A DNA stretch of 64,000 nt from Eledone cirrhosa (Eukaryota): positions 240,622,001-240,686,000 of the forward strand of contig OZ024742.1 of assembly GCA_964016885.1 (NCBI GenBank), written 5' to 3'. Both the position numbers and the translations under genes were made by a program. Below the pieces are notes generated by a model. The model was given only the letters and a program-made list of their open reading frames with translations, made no database searches and had not been told where the DNA came from. Position 1 is the stretch's first letter, and each line of letters opens with the position of its first letter. Shown piece after piece: positions 27,237 to 44,598 of the stretch.

Positions 27237-27696
27237 ATGTGTATATATGTGTGTGTGTGTATGTGTGTATGTATATGTATGTGTGTGTGTATGTATGTGT
27301 GTATATGTATATATATATATATATATATGTATATGTATATGTATATGTATGTATGTGTGGATGAAGGTATGTGTGTATATATAGGTGTAAGTGCACTAAA
27401 TCCCTTTCTATCACGCTCCACTCTCCTACCCACCACAGGAAGATATGTGTATGTATATTGCTTCCACCCCCTCACTGACCAGCAGCTGGCCAGTTGGCGA
27501 TTGCTAAATCTGACCTTTATAAAATAACCCACACCCCAAATAACTTCTCATTCACTACCAGAAAGGGACACAGCAGTCAACCTGTTGTTGCTACCTAGAT
27601 GAAAACTGCTATGAAATCCCACAATGAATTTTATACTTGAATTTTCAAATCTCAAATTTTAACTCTTCGTATTATTAATTTTTATTAATATTAATC

Positions 27697-27744
27697 AACA
27701 TTTGAAAAGATGGCTTTTGCAGACCCATCGAAACCGGTCATTTT
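27697..27744 (+). ncRNA. Minimal HHR with compensatory C3U/G8A core
   Basis: UUGAAAA gaugg-cuuuugcagac-ccauc GAAAC CG GUC. Palindromic stem III ACCGGU; weak stem I. Confidence 0.62.
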
Positions 27745-27885
27745 TTATACCCTTTATTATTTCCTTACCTTATAAAATTATGTTTTTTCACAAAAAAGTA
27801 TTCTGTCTCTTATATATTCCATGTGCCATTACCTTACCAACCTCAATTTTCTCTATAACCTTCGTTTTGTGTAGAAAATTACACT

Positions 27886-27953
<68 letters not shown>

Positions 27954-28055
27954 GTGGTTACACAACAGTTAGTTCACCATACTGAGAACAATTGTTTCAC
28001 CTTAGCGGATCCCCAGCTCGTAATCTGATTACTATATATATATATATAGTAATAA

Positions 28056-28268
28056 TAATAAATGTGAAGACTAAAATCCGAAGAGGGCTTATATATATAT
28101 AAAATATATAAAACCGTAGAATAACAGATTAAAGTTTAAGCAAAGAATCGGTGCTTTCACCCTTCATTTTAATCTGTTATTTTAATAAATATTTGCTCTA
28201 CGATTTTATATATTTTATATATATATATTATCCTTATCGAGCCCTCTTCGGATTTTATTCTTCACATT

Positions 28269-28273
<5 letters not shown>
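28056..28273. repeat. Imperfect fold-back element in (TA)n
   Basis: aataaatgtgaaga..aaaatccgaagagggct versus agccctcttcggatttt..tcttcacatttatt. The core is shared with 32590-32640 and 46835-46890. Confidence 0.7.
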
Positions 28274-28347
<74 letters not shown>

Positions 28348-29240
28348 CTCATTAAACTAAACAAAGTAAATTTGAATACATAGAAAAAAAACGTACTTTA
28401 TGTAAACATGAAAACCTTAGGCACTATTCCAGCGAAATAATTAATATGTGAGCTCGGTGTCTTTTTTGACAACAGTAAAAGCGCATCATGAAATAGAGAA
28501 ATGAAGTGAATAATAGACACTATGTACAAAGCATAATATTGTAAAAGTTATGACATCACTTAATGTATGAACATCAAGCTTGAAACGATAAATTATACAA
28601 CGTCAAATCTATAACTTAACTTAGTAATCTGTTAGAAATTGCTGGTTGTGAAATATACAAAATGATATTGTTAGTCTCAAGGAAGCGTACCTTTTGTTTC
28701 AAGTACAAAGAGTAAATTAAAATCCGATTGAGCCGAATTACGAAAGATAACTCTTGTCTTACTTAAATATAACTCTTGTCTTACTTAATCACGAAAATTC
28801 ACACAAATAACCGAAACTTTTCTAATGTCTCCAAAGACCCCAATATCGATTTTTGAAAGCCTTATTAAAAGGATTTTTGAAAGCCTAATTAAAAGCATTT
28901 TGAAGACCTTACGCTATTGTTTTAAAGTAGTGACTATGTCACTTACTTCTTTTTTCAGCAAACAAAGGGAGATAAACTGACAGATTTCTATTTCGTACTG
29001 TTGGTACTCTTCGAATCAATATCAAACTGGACAAACCTAAGGGACTTATGGTTACTAATGCTTGAGAACCATTTTATTACCTCATCCGCATTCCCCACAG
29101 GTCAAGGTAAATTTTACTTCTAATTACGGGTAGTACTCCATCTAATATCTTCTTACTTATGATCCCTATGTCCGATTTAGATGGGCTTATTAGTCTAATA
29201 CATGGGTTACTAAAACCAAGGATATAGAGGGGTCAATGAC

Positions 29241-30140
29241 TTGGGTAGGAACCTAAATAACGTAGGGCAGCTACATCTGGTAAATTATGGCAATATTGGG
29301 GATCCTATGGGCAACCACTCACTTGGGAGGAAAAATAGAAGAAGACTAAACACATACTTTAACCCACCCTATAACTCTGAGATCGTAACCAAACTTCCCA
29401 GAACCTTCTTCTCTATCTTGGAAAGGAACTTCCCGCCAGGCAGTAGATATCATGGTATTATTAATAAAAATACGATTAAACTATCATATTCCACTACCCC
29501 TAACTTAGCTTCCCACTTAGCACGCACTAATAATAGGAAAATTAGGGTAGGGTTTGTGACCATCAACTCTGTAAATAACCACCAACAACCTAACCCATTG
29601 GGAAATGAGTTCCCTGACGGTGGTAACGACACACCAGATGTACAAATAACATTTCGGGATAGTACAACCAACCAGTCCTCCCGACGCATGTTGAACAGTA
29701 CAAACCGAAATTGTAATTGTAGACGGAGAGATAGTTGCCCTCTGAAGGCCAAATGCCTCATGAGGAATATAGTTTATGCATGCGATGTTATAACGGCTAC
29801 CTCTACCAAAACTTACATTGGCTCAACCTCCACCTCCTTTAAGACTAGATACAACTCCCATAATTACACATTTAGATATGATAGGCTCAAGCATACCACC
29901 TCTTTGGCCGGGTATGTTTCAGAATTAAAAAATGCTGGTATTACTTATACCCTTAATTGGAGATTGGTGACTAAATCTACACCATATAGCCCACCGAGCA
30001 GAACATGTAACCTGTGCCTTCTAGAGTCTCACGCCACATTATACTCTAGATGCAACCTACTCGATAGGAAATCTGAAATATTTTCTTCTTGTCCACACAT
30101 AATCCTTAGTTCCTTCTACTACTTTAAGCTAGTTAACTAG
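29241..30140 (+). CDS. PLE C-terminal fragment with Cys-rich GIY-YIG endonuclease (Hydra/Nematis-type)
   Basis: YFNPPYN, IKLSYSTTPN, CNC.....CPL...CL..NIVY, YIGST..FK.R..H, CNLC..E, CPH. Confidence 0.85.
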   Translation: MGRNLNNVGQLHLVNYGNIGDPMGNHSLGRKNRRRLNTYFNPPYNSEIVTKLPRTFFSILERNFPPGSRYHGIINKNTIKLSYSTTPNLASHLARTNNRKIRVGFVTINSVNNHQQPNPLGNEFPDGGNDTPDVQITFRDSTTNQSSRRMLNSTNRNCNCRRRDSCPLKAKCLMRNIVYACDVITATSTKTYIGSTSTSFKTRYNSHNYTFRYDRLKHTTSLAGYVSELKNAGITYTLNWRLVTKSTPYSPPSRTCNLCLLESHATLYSRCNLLDRKSEIFSSCPHIILSSFYYFKLVN

Positions 30141-31199
30141 ATAGGCTGGGTATCACTCACTCCTCTCTTATAACTCTGTAGTACTCCTTCAACTCCTTGA
30201 CTCCTTAATCCTTAAACCCATCTACGCTCCCCTTGTATGGAGGGAATTCTAACTTCAATTAGTCGAGTATTTGTTCACTGATGAATACTATTGCATCCCA
30301 ATGGGCGTATCTCCCGGATAATGGAAGGTATTGTATGCGTGAGGTAATGAACTTACCCGCCCCATCCGGCTTGATCCAAAATAATTCCTGAGACTATCTA
30401 GCCCCATGTAATGACCCTTCTTGCGTATACTGCCCACTCCTCCCATTCGGCAATGACTATGTCTCCAACCGCGGGGATAGACCACCTACCTATACTTATA
30501 TATTAGGATACCGTTTCTCTGCCGTTAAACCTATAGGCTAAGGATTATGTTTATAACATACCCCATAATAAATTTAATACAGTTGATTATAGTCATATAA
30601 ACCTACACTAGGTTAATAACGATTTAATGGCTTTCGTATTATCAGTTTGACTAGTTGGGAGATCTGTTAATAGCATAGCTCTTTACATAGGTCCGATAAT
30701 ATTTATTTGTATATGCACGAATGTTATTGTTACTCTGGCTAATATACACGGTGTAGGAATTTGCTATTGGATTTTTGATCTCATAGATGAAGTGGTAGAA
30801 TAGCCTCTCTTCCTTTGCCTTAGAAATACAGCTAATATATACGGTGTAGGATTATTATTTTTTCTACGGTCTGAATTTTTGAGTTTTTTGAATTTTTGAT
30901 TTCTTAGATGAAGTGGTAGAGTAGTCTCCCTCCCTTAGCCTTCGAAACGTATTTAGTAGTGAGTAACAGGGAATTATCCACTATTTGTGCCCTTTACGTC
31001 ATCATTTGGTGCGTATGTGTTTATCGTCATTGTTTATTTTTTGTGGCGCTACATCACATGGTCGCTGTCTTGTTTAGTTAATGCTGGAGCACTACTTGTA
31101 TGAGGATTTCGATTTGAACACCGGCTCATAACATATAGTACCATACATTATGATACGTACATGTGGATGTATGAACGGGACTGGAATACCATCTATGAA

Positions 31200-31273
<74 letters not shown>

Positions 31274-32424
31274 ATGTGTCTATATATGTTGTGAAATTTC
31301 GTGAGTTACCATCTACTGACGATATATATATATATGTTTTTTGTTCCCCTTGCCGGATATGCCTCAAACATTGTTTAAACCATGTATGAACTGTCTGTTA
31401 TGAATTTTTCGTTGTGAATTGACTGTTTCAGCTTCTTCTATACACTTACCCTGCTTTGCTTGTGTTCCTGCTTCTGCCTGTGCTGTACTCATCCTTATGC
31501 AAGACTAACACCTCATATCCACACAGCTCCACTAGCTTATGGTTACCCTAACCGTGCTGAATTTGGAGAATACTAAATCCCCTCTGAACCTTATTACCAT
31601 ACTTTAAGGGCTACATGGCACTTTTCTATATGACACCCCGATTGATGCCTAGTCCTACTGTAATTTATCTGCTGGATATCCCTATTTTGACAACTGTAAT
31701 ATTCGAGTGCACTGTGGCTCACCCTGTGAAACTATAGGACATAAGACTCTTTGTCATGGGAAATCATCTGACCTATATCTATTCGGCTGTGACTAATGCA
31801 TGCTTTCTCTCCTTGCGTTTGTGTGCTCTCATAAGTATCTATGCCTTCCCCTCTCTCTTGTTAATTATTTTGTTAAATATATATTTTTAAATTAGTTTTT
31901 AATTTCGATTATTTTATTTTTTATTTTTATTTTTTTAATTATTTTTAATTATTTTTAATTATTTTTAATTATTATTATATTTTTTTTAATATATATTTTT
32001 TAATATATATATATTTTTAATATCTTTTTAATTTTTAAAATTATTTTTTAATTAATTTTATTTTTTAATATATTTAATTTTTTAATTTTTTAATTTATTA
32101 ATTATTGTTTAATTATTTATTATTATTTTTTATTTTTTTATTTTTATTTTTAATTTTTTACTTTATTTTAAATTTTTTTTTGAGTATTCTTTCTTTTTTC
32201 TTTATCGCCTTGACTGATTCCTTCACATGCATCTATCTCTTGTGTGATTACTTCAGTATATTTTATTTTTCATTACTTTTCATTATTTTTCCTTACTCTG
32301 ACTAACAACCCTATTATGTATCATCTCCATTCTCACTACTATCCTATGATCCTGTACCATAATCTATTGTTCTTATGATGTAGGTTGGTAGAGCTTATCT
32401 TCATTATTGTATTTTTGTTTTCAA

Positions 32425-32471
32425 CGCTCTGATGAGTCCTGCCCCATGGTATGGATGAAACACTGTCAGCG
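32425..32471 (+). ncRNA. Canonical minimal type I hammerhead ribozyme
   Basis: cgcu CUGAUGA gucc..ggau GAAAC acu GUC agcg, followed by AATAAA and (TA)n. Confidence 0.8.
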
Positions 32472-32631
32472 AATAAAAATTGATTGATGTTATAAGCGCT
32501 CTTTGTTTTCTCATATATATATATATATATATAAATTACCCTTGGTGACACCCTTCACGGGATCTTCTGAAGCTCGGAAGATGCCGTTAAGGGTAAAACC
32601 GGCGATTCTTTGCTTAAAGCTTAATCTGTTA

Positions 32632-32745
<114 letters not shown>

Positions 32746-32761
32746 CACGCACACACACACA

Positions 32762-32812
32762 CACATTTCGCTGAGGACTATCAGTTATGATAGCCTGAGC
32801 TCTTCAGACGGC
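32762..32812 (-). ncRNA. Partial HHR (stem III lost at a microsatellite)
   Basis: CUGAAGA gcu-c-agg-cuauca-uaac-ugauag-u-ccu-c-agc GAAA, then (TG)n. Confidence 0.55.
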
Positions 32813-32887
32813 AAAACCTATAAAAACACTGAAAGTTCTTAAAGATACCTTTAAGTTTGGAAAAATCCAATAACTTCCTTAAAAACG

Positions 32888-32989
<102 letters not shown>

Positions 32990-33750
32990 ATCTCTCTCTC
33001 TCTCTCTTTCTCTCTCTGTTTCTCTCTCTCTCCCTCCATCTTTCTCTCTTCCTCTCCCTCTCTCTCCCTCTCCCCCCTCTTATTCTCTCTCTCTATATAT
33101 AGTTAAAAATCATAGAAATGAATATAAGATATATGGGCGAAGACGACAAAATAAGACACAAAACACAGACAGTTTCAACTCATCAATCGATGGCTAGAGC
33201 TATGTTATTTCGTTGCTTTAAAATCGATACAACTAGTTCTAGTGCACAAGGAACAGTAAGAAATGGACAAAAGACAAGACGATTAATCTTTCGAATATTT
33301 ACAAATAAGAGAAATTATGCTACAATCCCATATGCTGCAACTGAAAAGAAGAGATGTCGATGAGGCCCAACATTTTGATTAGCCAAGAAGAAGTGAAAAG
33401 AGAAAGTAGAAGAGAGAGAGAATATAGAAACGTTAATAAGTATATTATTCGTTTGTGTTAGGACTTAACAACATCTTGGCTAATCAATAGAAAAGACAGA
33501 CACAACGAGAAGAGAGGGAGGGAAAGAAAGAGAGAGTGTGTGTGAGTGAGAGAGAGAGTGAGAGAAAGAGAAAACGAGAGAGAGCGAGAGAGAGGAACAC
33601 GGATGGTGTAAGATATATAATATATAAATACACTTTAATCAGTTATTTTAATAATATATATATTATAGTTGAAACAGAAAACAACAACGAGGTAGCGAAG
33701 AGGCAGTACAAAATGTTAATATTAGTTTCACGCTTGAGAGTGCGGGGTGC

Positions 33751-33896
<146 letters not shown>

Positions 33897-33922
33897 CAAA
33901 AGATGGTTAAAAGAGTTCCATG

Positions 33923-33993
33923 TATTTTATTATGCGCATTTTAAAAACAAATATCATCATGGGATGATATTTGCGTTCTCATCAGATAAAATA
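33923..33993 (-). ncRNA. HHR (inverted-arm copy, G12A)
   Basis: Reverse complement of 36661-36731. Confidence 0.55.
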
Positions 33994-34286
33994 GGGAGAC
34001 ATGATATGAAGTTTAAAAAACACTTGCGAGCAGTGAAGTGTTAAATCAACAATATGAAAAATAAAATAAGATGGATATATGAGATTGGAAAAAAAGGAAA
34101 GGAAGGGGGAAAGAAAAGGTAAGGAAGAGGAAGAAAGAATATGATAGAAGAAAAAAATATAATAATAAGGAAAGGATGACGGAGGAGGAGTATAAGAAGG
34201 AAGGATGAGAGAGGAGGAGAAAATGAGTGAGCGAGATAACCTTTAATACTGAGAAACACTGTCTCACAGAGAAAAAATGAAAAAAA

Positions 34287-35510
34287 ATGAAAAAAATGAA
34301 AAAAAACTTCCTGGATATATCCCTTAATCTTGACACCGGCCTATATTACCCTTACCATAAAGACAATGAGAATCTAAATAATGTTAATTTTAAATCTAAC
34401 CACCTATTAACGTTAAAAATGCTAGTCAATAATGTTGAAAAAAGAATCTCAAATCTATCTTCTAATAAACTTATCTTTGACGCTAAAGCCAATTATTACA
34501 ACAATGCGCTTTCCAGAGCCGGTTATCGTGACAAAATTAAATACAGTAAAGAAACCAATCATGGAGGAACTTATAGTAATATAGTTAGTTATAAACATTC
34601 CAATAGCATAAAGAAAAGACCTAGAAAGAAAAATATGATTTGGTACAACGCTCCTTTTTCTCTATCTATTATTAGTAATATTCCTAAACTATTTTTTAGG
34701 GTCTTAGATAAATGCTTCCCTCCTTCACATATTTATAGTAAGATCTTTAATAAGCATACAATTAAATTCTCTTATTCCACCACTTCCAACATCTCTAATA
34801 TTATCTCAAAACATAATACTAAAATATTAAGTAATAAATCATATCCATCCAACACTGAGCGTCATAATAATAACAATAGTAAGCCCGACGTCAATGTTAA
34901 CTCTAGGCTAGATTCCGTAAATTCAAATACGACGTCAAACGTAACTTTGTTGAATGTTCATAATACCAATCTAAATCAGGAAACTTTAGCACCTATCGTA
35001 AGTAACTTCTCCAATTCAATTCCTTCTATAAATAATACTGGGTCACTTGCTAATAACTCTGGTAATTTCTCTAATCGAAATTGCAATTGCCCTATTAGAA
35101 CTAAATGTCCTCTTAGTAACCGATGTCTTGATAAACATTTAGTGTATGAATGTAAGGTTATAACTGGTACTAACTCTTTTACCTATTTTGGTTCCACTTC
35201 CACTTCCTTTAAGGCAAGATTTTATAATCACAATTCTTCTTTTAAATACCAACTTAAAAGAACTAACACAGCACTCTCAGAACTCATATGGTCCTTAAAG
35301 GACAAAAATATTAACTACAACATTTCTTGGAGAAAGGTTGGGAACGCCTCTCCTTACCTTAATTCTTCCCTATCCAGAACATGTAATCTCTGCCTAGCGG
35401 AGAAATTTACCATTATCTCTAATTTTAATTCTATAATAAATAGACGTACGGATTTATTTTCGCTCTGCTTGCATAAATCCCATAGAATTTTCCATAAAGT
35501 ATGCAGCTAA
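34287..35510 (+). CDS. PLE RT C-terminus + Cys-rich GIY-YIG (5'-truncated, uninterrupted)
   Basis: NFLDISL..Y.PYHK..SNH, WYNAPFS, IKFSYSTT, Asn/Ser linker, CNC..CPL..CL, VY..YFGST..FK.R..NH, CNLCLAEK, CLH. Confidence 0.87.
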   Translation: MKKMKKNFLDISLNLDTGLYYPYHKDNENLNNVNFKSNHLLTLKMLVNNVEKRISNLSSNKLIFDAKANYYNNALSRAGYRDKIKYSKETNHGGTYSNIVSYKHSNSIKKRPRKKNMIWYNAPFSLSIISNIPKLFFRVLDKCFPPSHIYSKIFNKHTIKFSYSTTSNISNIISKHNTKILSNKSYPSNTERHNNNNSKPDVNVNSRLDSVNSNTTSNVTLLNVHNTNLNQETLAPIVSNFSNSIPSINNTGSLANNSGNFSNRNCNCPIRTKCPLSNRCLDKHLVYECKVITGTNSFTYFGSTSTSFKARFYNHNSSFKYQLKRTNTALSELIWSLKDKNINYNISWRKVGNASPYLNSSLSRTCNLCLAEKFTIISNFNSIINRRTDLFSLCLHKSHRIFHKVCS

Positions 35511-35607
35511 TATCTTACTACCTAATTAGTTTAAAATCTTTTTTTCTCAAACGCTTTTATATTTTTTACAAATATACCCATCTTTCTACCTTATTTCAGT
35601 ATATTAT

Positions 35608-35772
35608 CGGTAGAGGGTCGGACGCCATGCTTTCCAGCATAGTTACGTCCCTTTACGATCTGAGTTCAAATCCCGCCGAGGTTGACTTTGCCTTTCATCC
35701 TTACGGGGTCGATAAAATAAAGTATCAGTAATGCACTGAGTAATTGCTGGCCTTGTGCCTAAAGTAGAAACA
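35608..35772 (+). mobile_element. SINE inserted in the PLE 3' UTR
   Basis: B-box GAGTTCAAATCCC; 18-bp TSD cttatttcagtatattat (35590-35607 / 35773-35790). Confidence 0.88.
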
Positions 35773-36660
35773 CTTATTTCAGTATATTATACAATATTAC
35801 TCATACTATGTCGTTAGCGGTCCCCTAATTTTCTTCTCTTTTAATTTGTAATCTTTAATCTGCAACTTTTACTTCTCGATTACTTCTTAATTCATCTTAT
35901 AACTCACTATAGCATTTTCCTTATATTCTCGGCCATACAAATTTCTATTTTTAATATATACTAATATTACCATTAGAGAAATTTTGTAAACATATTTTTT
36001 TGACGTTATATATTTTCTCTTCCTTGAATTTTTTCTTTCTTCTCTCCTTCCATGCTCGTATTAAATCTATTATTTACTTTTTCCTATTACAATATATAGA
36101 AACAAACTTGGACCCTAATTAATTCCTCTAAGTTCATAATTCATTTAACCTTATCTTCATTCACCTTATCTTCTTAATATATTTTATTATACATTTTAAT
36201 AAATTCCTTTTCGCACATCTTATTAAACCCTTCAATATATAAACCTTAAATAAATAGTATTCTTAATTCCTTTTTCTTTAATCATAAGTATCACCATTCA
36301 TAAACCTCATTAACTTTTAATTTCTTAATTTTTTAAAATTATGTATTATCTTACAACGTTTTTTTTTTCATTTTTTCTCTGTGAGACAGTGTTTCTCAGT
36401 ATTAAAGGTTATATCTCTCTCTCTTACTCATTTTCTCCTCCTCTCTCATCCTTCCTTCTTATACTCCTCCTCCGTCATCCTTTCCTTATTATTATATTTT
36501 TTTCTTCTATCTATATTCTTTCTTCCTCTTCCTTACCTTTTCTTTCCCCCTTCCTTTCCTTTTTTTCCAATCTCATATATCCATCTTATTTTATTTTTCA
36601 TATGTTGATTTAACACTTCACTGCTCGCAAGTGGTTTTTAAACTTCATATCATGTCTCCC

Positions 36661-36731
36661 TATTTTATCTGATGAGAACGCAAATATCATCCCATGATGA
36701 TATTTGTTTTTAAAATGCGCATAATAAAATA
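36661..36731 (+). ncRNA. HHR with G12A substitution
   Basis: uauuuuau CUGAUGA [long stem II] AAAA ugcgca UA auaaaaua. Stem I is a perfect 8 bp; stem III palindrome AUGCGCAU. Confidence 0.6.
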
Positions 36732-36851
36732 CATGGAACTCTTTTAACCATCTTTTGATTTTATATTATTTATACTCCAGTCCTATAAACTGTTGAGTGC
36801 TACTTATCCGATATTTGCATTGCTTTATTGTGCTATAATAAAACTCACCTC

Positions 36852-36919
<68 letters not shown>

Positions 36920-37148
36920 GAATTTAATAAACATTTATTGTACTGCCTCTCTGTTCTGTCCCTGTTCAAATTTTTTTAATTATATATATATATATATATA
37001 TATGTATAAATATATATATATTAATTCTGGCAATATTATATGTATATATATATATATAGTATATAAGGGAGAGGATTAGGAGTGTGTAACACTCCACTTA
37101 TCCAATAGGCAGTATAAGGTTAGCTCGATGTCTGAGGACAGAGCCGTA

Positions 37149-37240
37149 ATATAATTAACAACAAAGAACGCTTAGAACATAGGTATATCTTTAATTAAAG
37201 ATATACCTATGTTCTAAGCGTTCTTTGTTGTTAATTATAT
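37149..37240. repeat. 92-bp perfect palindrome with no spacer
   Basis: ..gaacgcttagaacataggtatatctttaa|ttaaagatatacctatgttctaagcgttc.. Confidence 0.92.
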
Positions 37241-37314
37241 ATATATATATATTAATTCTGACAATATTATTACAACAATATGACCCTCCCCAAGTATAAC
37301 AATATTTATATAAA

Positions 37315-37515
<201 letters not shown>

Positions 37516-37570
37516 CGTTTCTGAATTTGTTTAGCAAGATTCTTTATCTGAAATCGTGTGTTGAAACCGA

Positions 37571-38584
<1,014 letters not shown>

Positions 38585-38923
38585 TTTATATAAATATTGT
38601 TATACTTGGGGAGGGTCATATTGTTGTAATAATATTGCCAGAATTAATAACAGAACACACTCGCTGTTTGGTTGGTTTTCGCTTCTGTATCTTTTATATC
38701 AGTTAATTTATTTGGTCCTCAATGTTTACCATTGACTGACCAGCGGTAAAAAAATACACTATAATATAGACACAAACACATATATATAGTCTAACAAAGT
38801 TCTTTCGTTGCACATTTGCAGCATCGTCAGTGGTGCTATTATTATGTTCCTCCTGTTGTATTGTATATCTACGCCATCTTTATTTAATCTGTTTATTTAT
38901 TTATATATATGTATATATGTACG

Positions 38924-39090
<167 letters not shown>

Positions 39091-39099
39091 GCACACACG

Positions 39100-39218
<119 letters not shown>

Positions 39219-39430
39219 TTATAAAATGTGGAGAAGCAGCACACGAGTTGGAATATATATATATAGGGACACATTTTTGGATAGTCGTTGACTCTTATGA
39301 GTTCTTCCGCCCTTTGTCAGGTTTTGTTTTTTGTCCTGCAGAGTGTCCAATATCACCCTCCTCACCAAGTAAACTTGGTGGGGTTGCCAGTTTAGTCGCC
39401 GACGACCCGGCCATGCGTGTGTATATGCTT

Positions 39431-40080
39431 GGGGTGTCAGGGAGGAGCATGTACCTCTGTAGGGGGATGGGGCGGCGGCTAGCCATATCCTTTTCAGGAC
39501 AGCTCGTCCTGCATTGGGTCCCACCTGACACTCAGCTCTCACCTGTGACCCCCAAGAAGCTGTAGCATGCGACAGCGGCCACACCCCGATAAACCGCCCT
39601 GGCTGGTGGGCCAAACGAGGTTGAGGGTAGCCGGACGGGTCTGAAACCCCCCGAGGAGTTAGGTAGGGCGACAGCAAGCGGTGTGGAGCGCTAGGGCACG
39701 GCAAGGCACTACAGACGTCGTGGCCATCCACTGCAGCCAAGGAAATCCCTGGTCCTGATGGTCCACCGTACCACCGGATTCTGGCTTATGCGGCCGAGTG
39801 AGTGGGACCGTCACTGTGCACTGGCCCTCCCACTATAAACCTTTCCCGCACAAGTTTCTTCTTTAGCGTGCACTCCCAAAGCTCTGCGGGGATAGGAAAG
39901 AGGCGGAGGTACCAGGTGGAGGTAACCTCTGGGAGTTGCCAGGATGACTCCGGTCTCTTCCCCTGCCCCCACTGTCCCCGGACCTGCAAGTCAAGGATCG
40001 TCCTCGACAGCCGCCTCCATGCCCACGGCAGACGGGAACAACAATAAAGAAGATGTCATCATCGTTTACGTTGGACAACC
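39431..40080 (+). mobile_element. Non-autonomous RTE derivative (second family) with a 5' HDV-like fold and 3' C2H2 remnant
   Basis: GC-rich RTE-type 5' UTR (CTCTCACCTGTG..GCATGCGACAGCGGCCACACCCC); 3' FPCPHCPRTCKSR....H...; (GA)n tail. A minus-strand fragment of the other RTE family adjoins at 39290-39420. Confidence 0.68.
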
Positions 40081-40099
40081 AAGAGAGAGAGAGAGAGAG

Positions 40100-42986
<2,887 letters not shown>

Positions 42987-42987
42987 C

Positions 42988-43022
<35 letters not shown>

Positions 43023-43077
43023 AACGCGTCATATTCTTTATATCTTTCCTCATATTTCGCTTTCACTTCGTTAAATA

Positions 43078-43255
43078 TAATTGTTTCTACTTTTGGCACA
43101 AGGCCAGCAATTATCCAGTACATTACTGGTACTTTATTTTATCGACCCCGTAAGGATGAAAGGCAAAGTTGACCTCGGCGGGATTTGAACTCAGAATGGA
43201 AAGAGCCGTAACTCTATGCGTCAAAGCATGGCGTCCGACCCTCTACCGATACTGA
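43078..43255 (-). mobile_element. SINE copy
   Basis: Reverse complement of the 1541-1726 family; flanks share aaatataat. Confidence 0.82.
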
Positions 43256-43798
43256 AATATAATGACGCTGTTTTCATTTAAAACTTTGCGTTTATTTTTA
43301 ACTGTTGTTAATTGGGGTTCTCCAGAGCATATGAGATGCCATCCAGTGTGACATGGCGTAGGACAAGCTAACGTGCCACCTCGACCAGCACCGCCTAACA
43401 TGCTTTTGCTCAGCCTCACAACCCTACAGGTGTTCCTGGCTTATCGCAGCGACACAATCTCCAGCGGCAACCTGGTGCGGTCTGTGACTAACCCAAGATC
43501 TGCTGCATTTTGGGCCGAGGGGGGTAAACGCTTCAAATATCGGTCGCTCTCCGACAGGTTTAAGGTCGAGCCCGTAGCAGTGGAGAGCCCGAACAGTGGA
43601 GGAGTGGTAAAAACCAGCTAGACCATAGCCCACCAGAGTAGTCGATACTTGAGGTAGTGAGGGGGGTATTATGAAAAGATTCAGGACCCCCGACAGCTAG
43701 CTGTCGAGACGGCCGGAGCTCAGCCGTCGGAGTCCTGAATCTTTTCACGCACACACACGCACACACACACGTACACGCCCCCTCACGCCTCCCCCCCC

Positions 43799-43831
<33 letters not shown>

Positions 43832-43941
43832 TTTATATGTTACTTATTTTACATTACTCCGGAGTAAACAAACCAACCTGCGTACTTCGTCGAGTGCTCC
43901 AATCTGTATACTGAGGTGTCGGTAAACAACCAACATATACT

Positions 43942-43983
<42 letters not shown>

Positions 43984-44416
43984 GAACGAAAGAAAAGAGC
44001 AATCAACATATGATTTGTAATTTGAGAGTATTTGTATTAACAGTTTGACAAACACACATATACGTATTTATTATCTGAATGCAAGTAAATATTTCGGCTT
44101 TTAGAAGCTGCTCTGTAAACCCTCACAATACAAAACAAATACTGTGTTATATTCAGTAAGATGTATCGCAATCGAACTTAAGCGTACCTCACGTGCATTT
44201 ATCGGCTTTCTTTAACGTATTCTGACAGTATGACCTTTACCTTTTGAGACTTTATTTTCCGGAGTCTCTATTTTTTCGGAGTATCTCTTTCATTGTTTTG
44301 GCTTAGTATTAGTATGTTTCGTCAACACTACACACACACACACGCGCACCCCCACACACATGTTTATGTATGTATGTATGTATGTATGTATGTATGTATG
44401 TATGTATGTATGTATG

Positions 44417-44479
<63 letters not shown>

Positions 44480-44598
44480 CGAAGGAAATGTGGTAAGGAA
44501 CCAGGTGGACCATAACGCACCAAAGTACTCAATACTTAGGGTAGTAGAGTGGGTAATAGGAACAAGTAAGACCCCGACGGCTGAGCTCAAGCCGTTTC

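Noticed and set aside
30735-30955. Tandem tagatgaag..(c/a)gaaa motif downstream of the GIY-YIG ORF as an HHR pair
   Set aside because: The core reads UAGAUGA, stem II closes poorly and there is no stem I. At best a decayed relic.
32540-32610. ttggtga-c-accctt..aagggt-aaaa hairpin as an HHR
   Set aside because: The stem is good but both core halves deviate and there is no stem III or NUH site.
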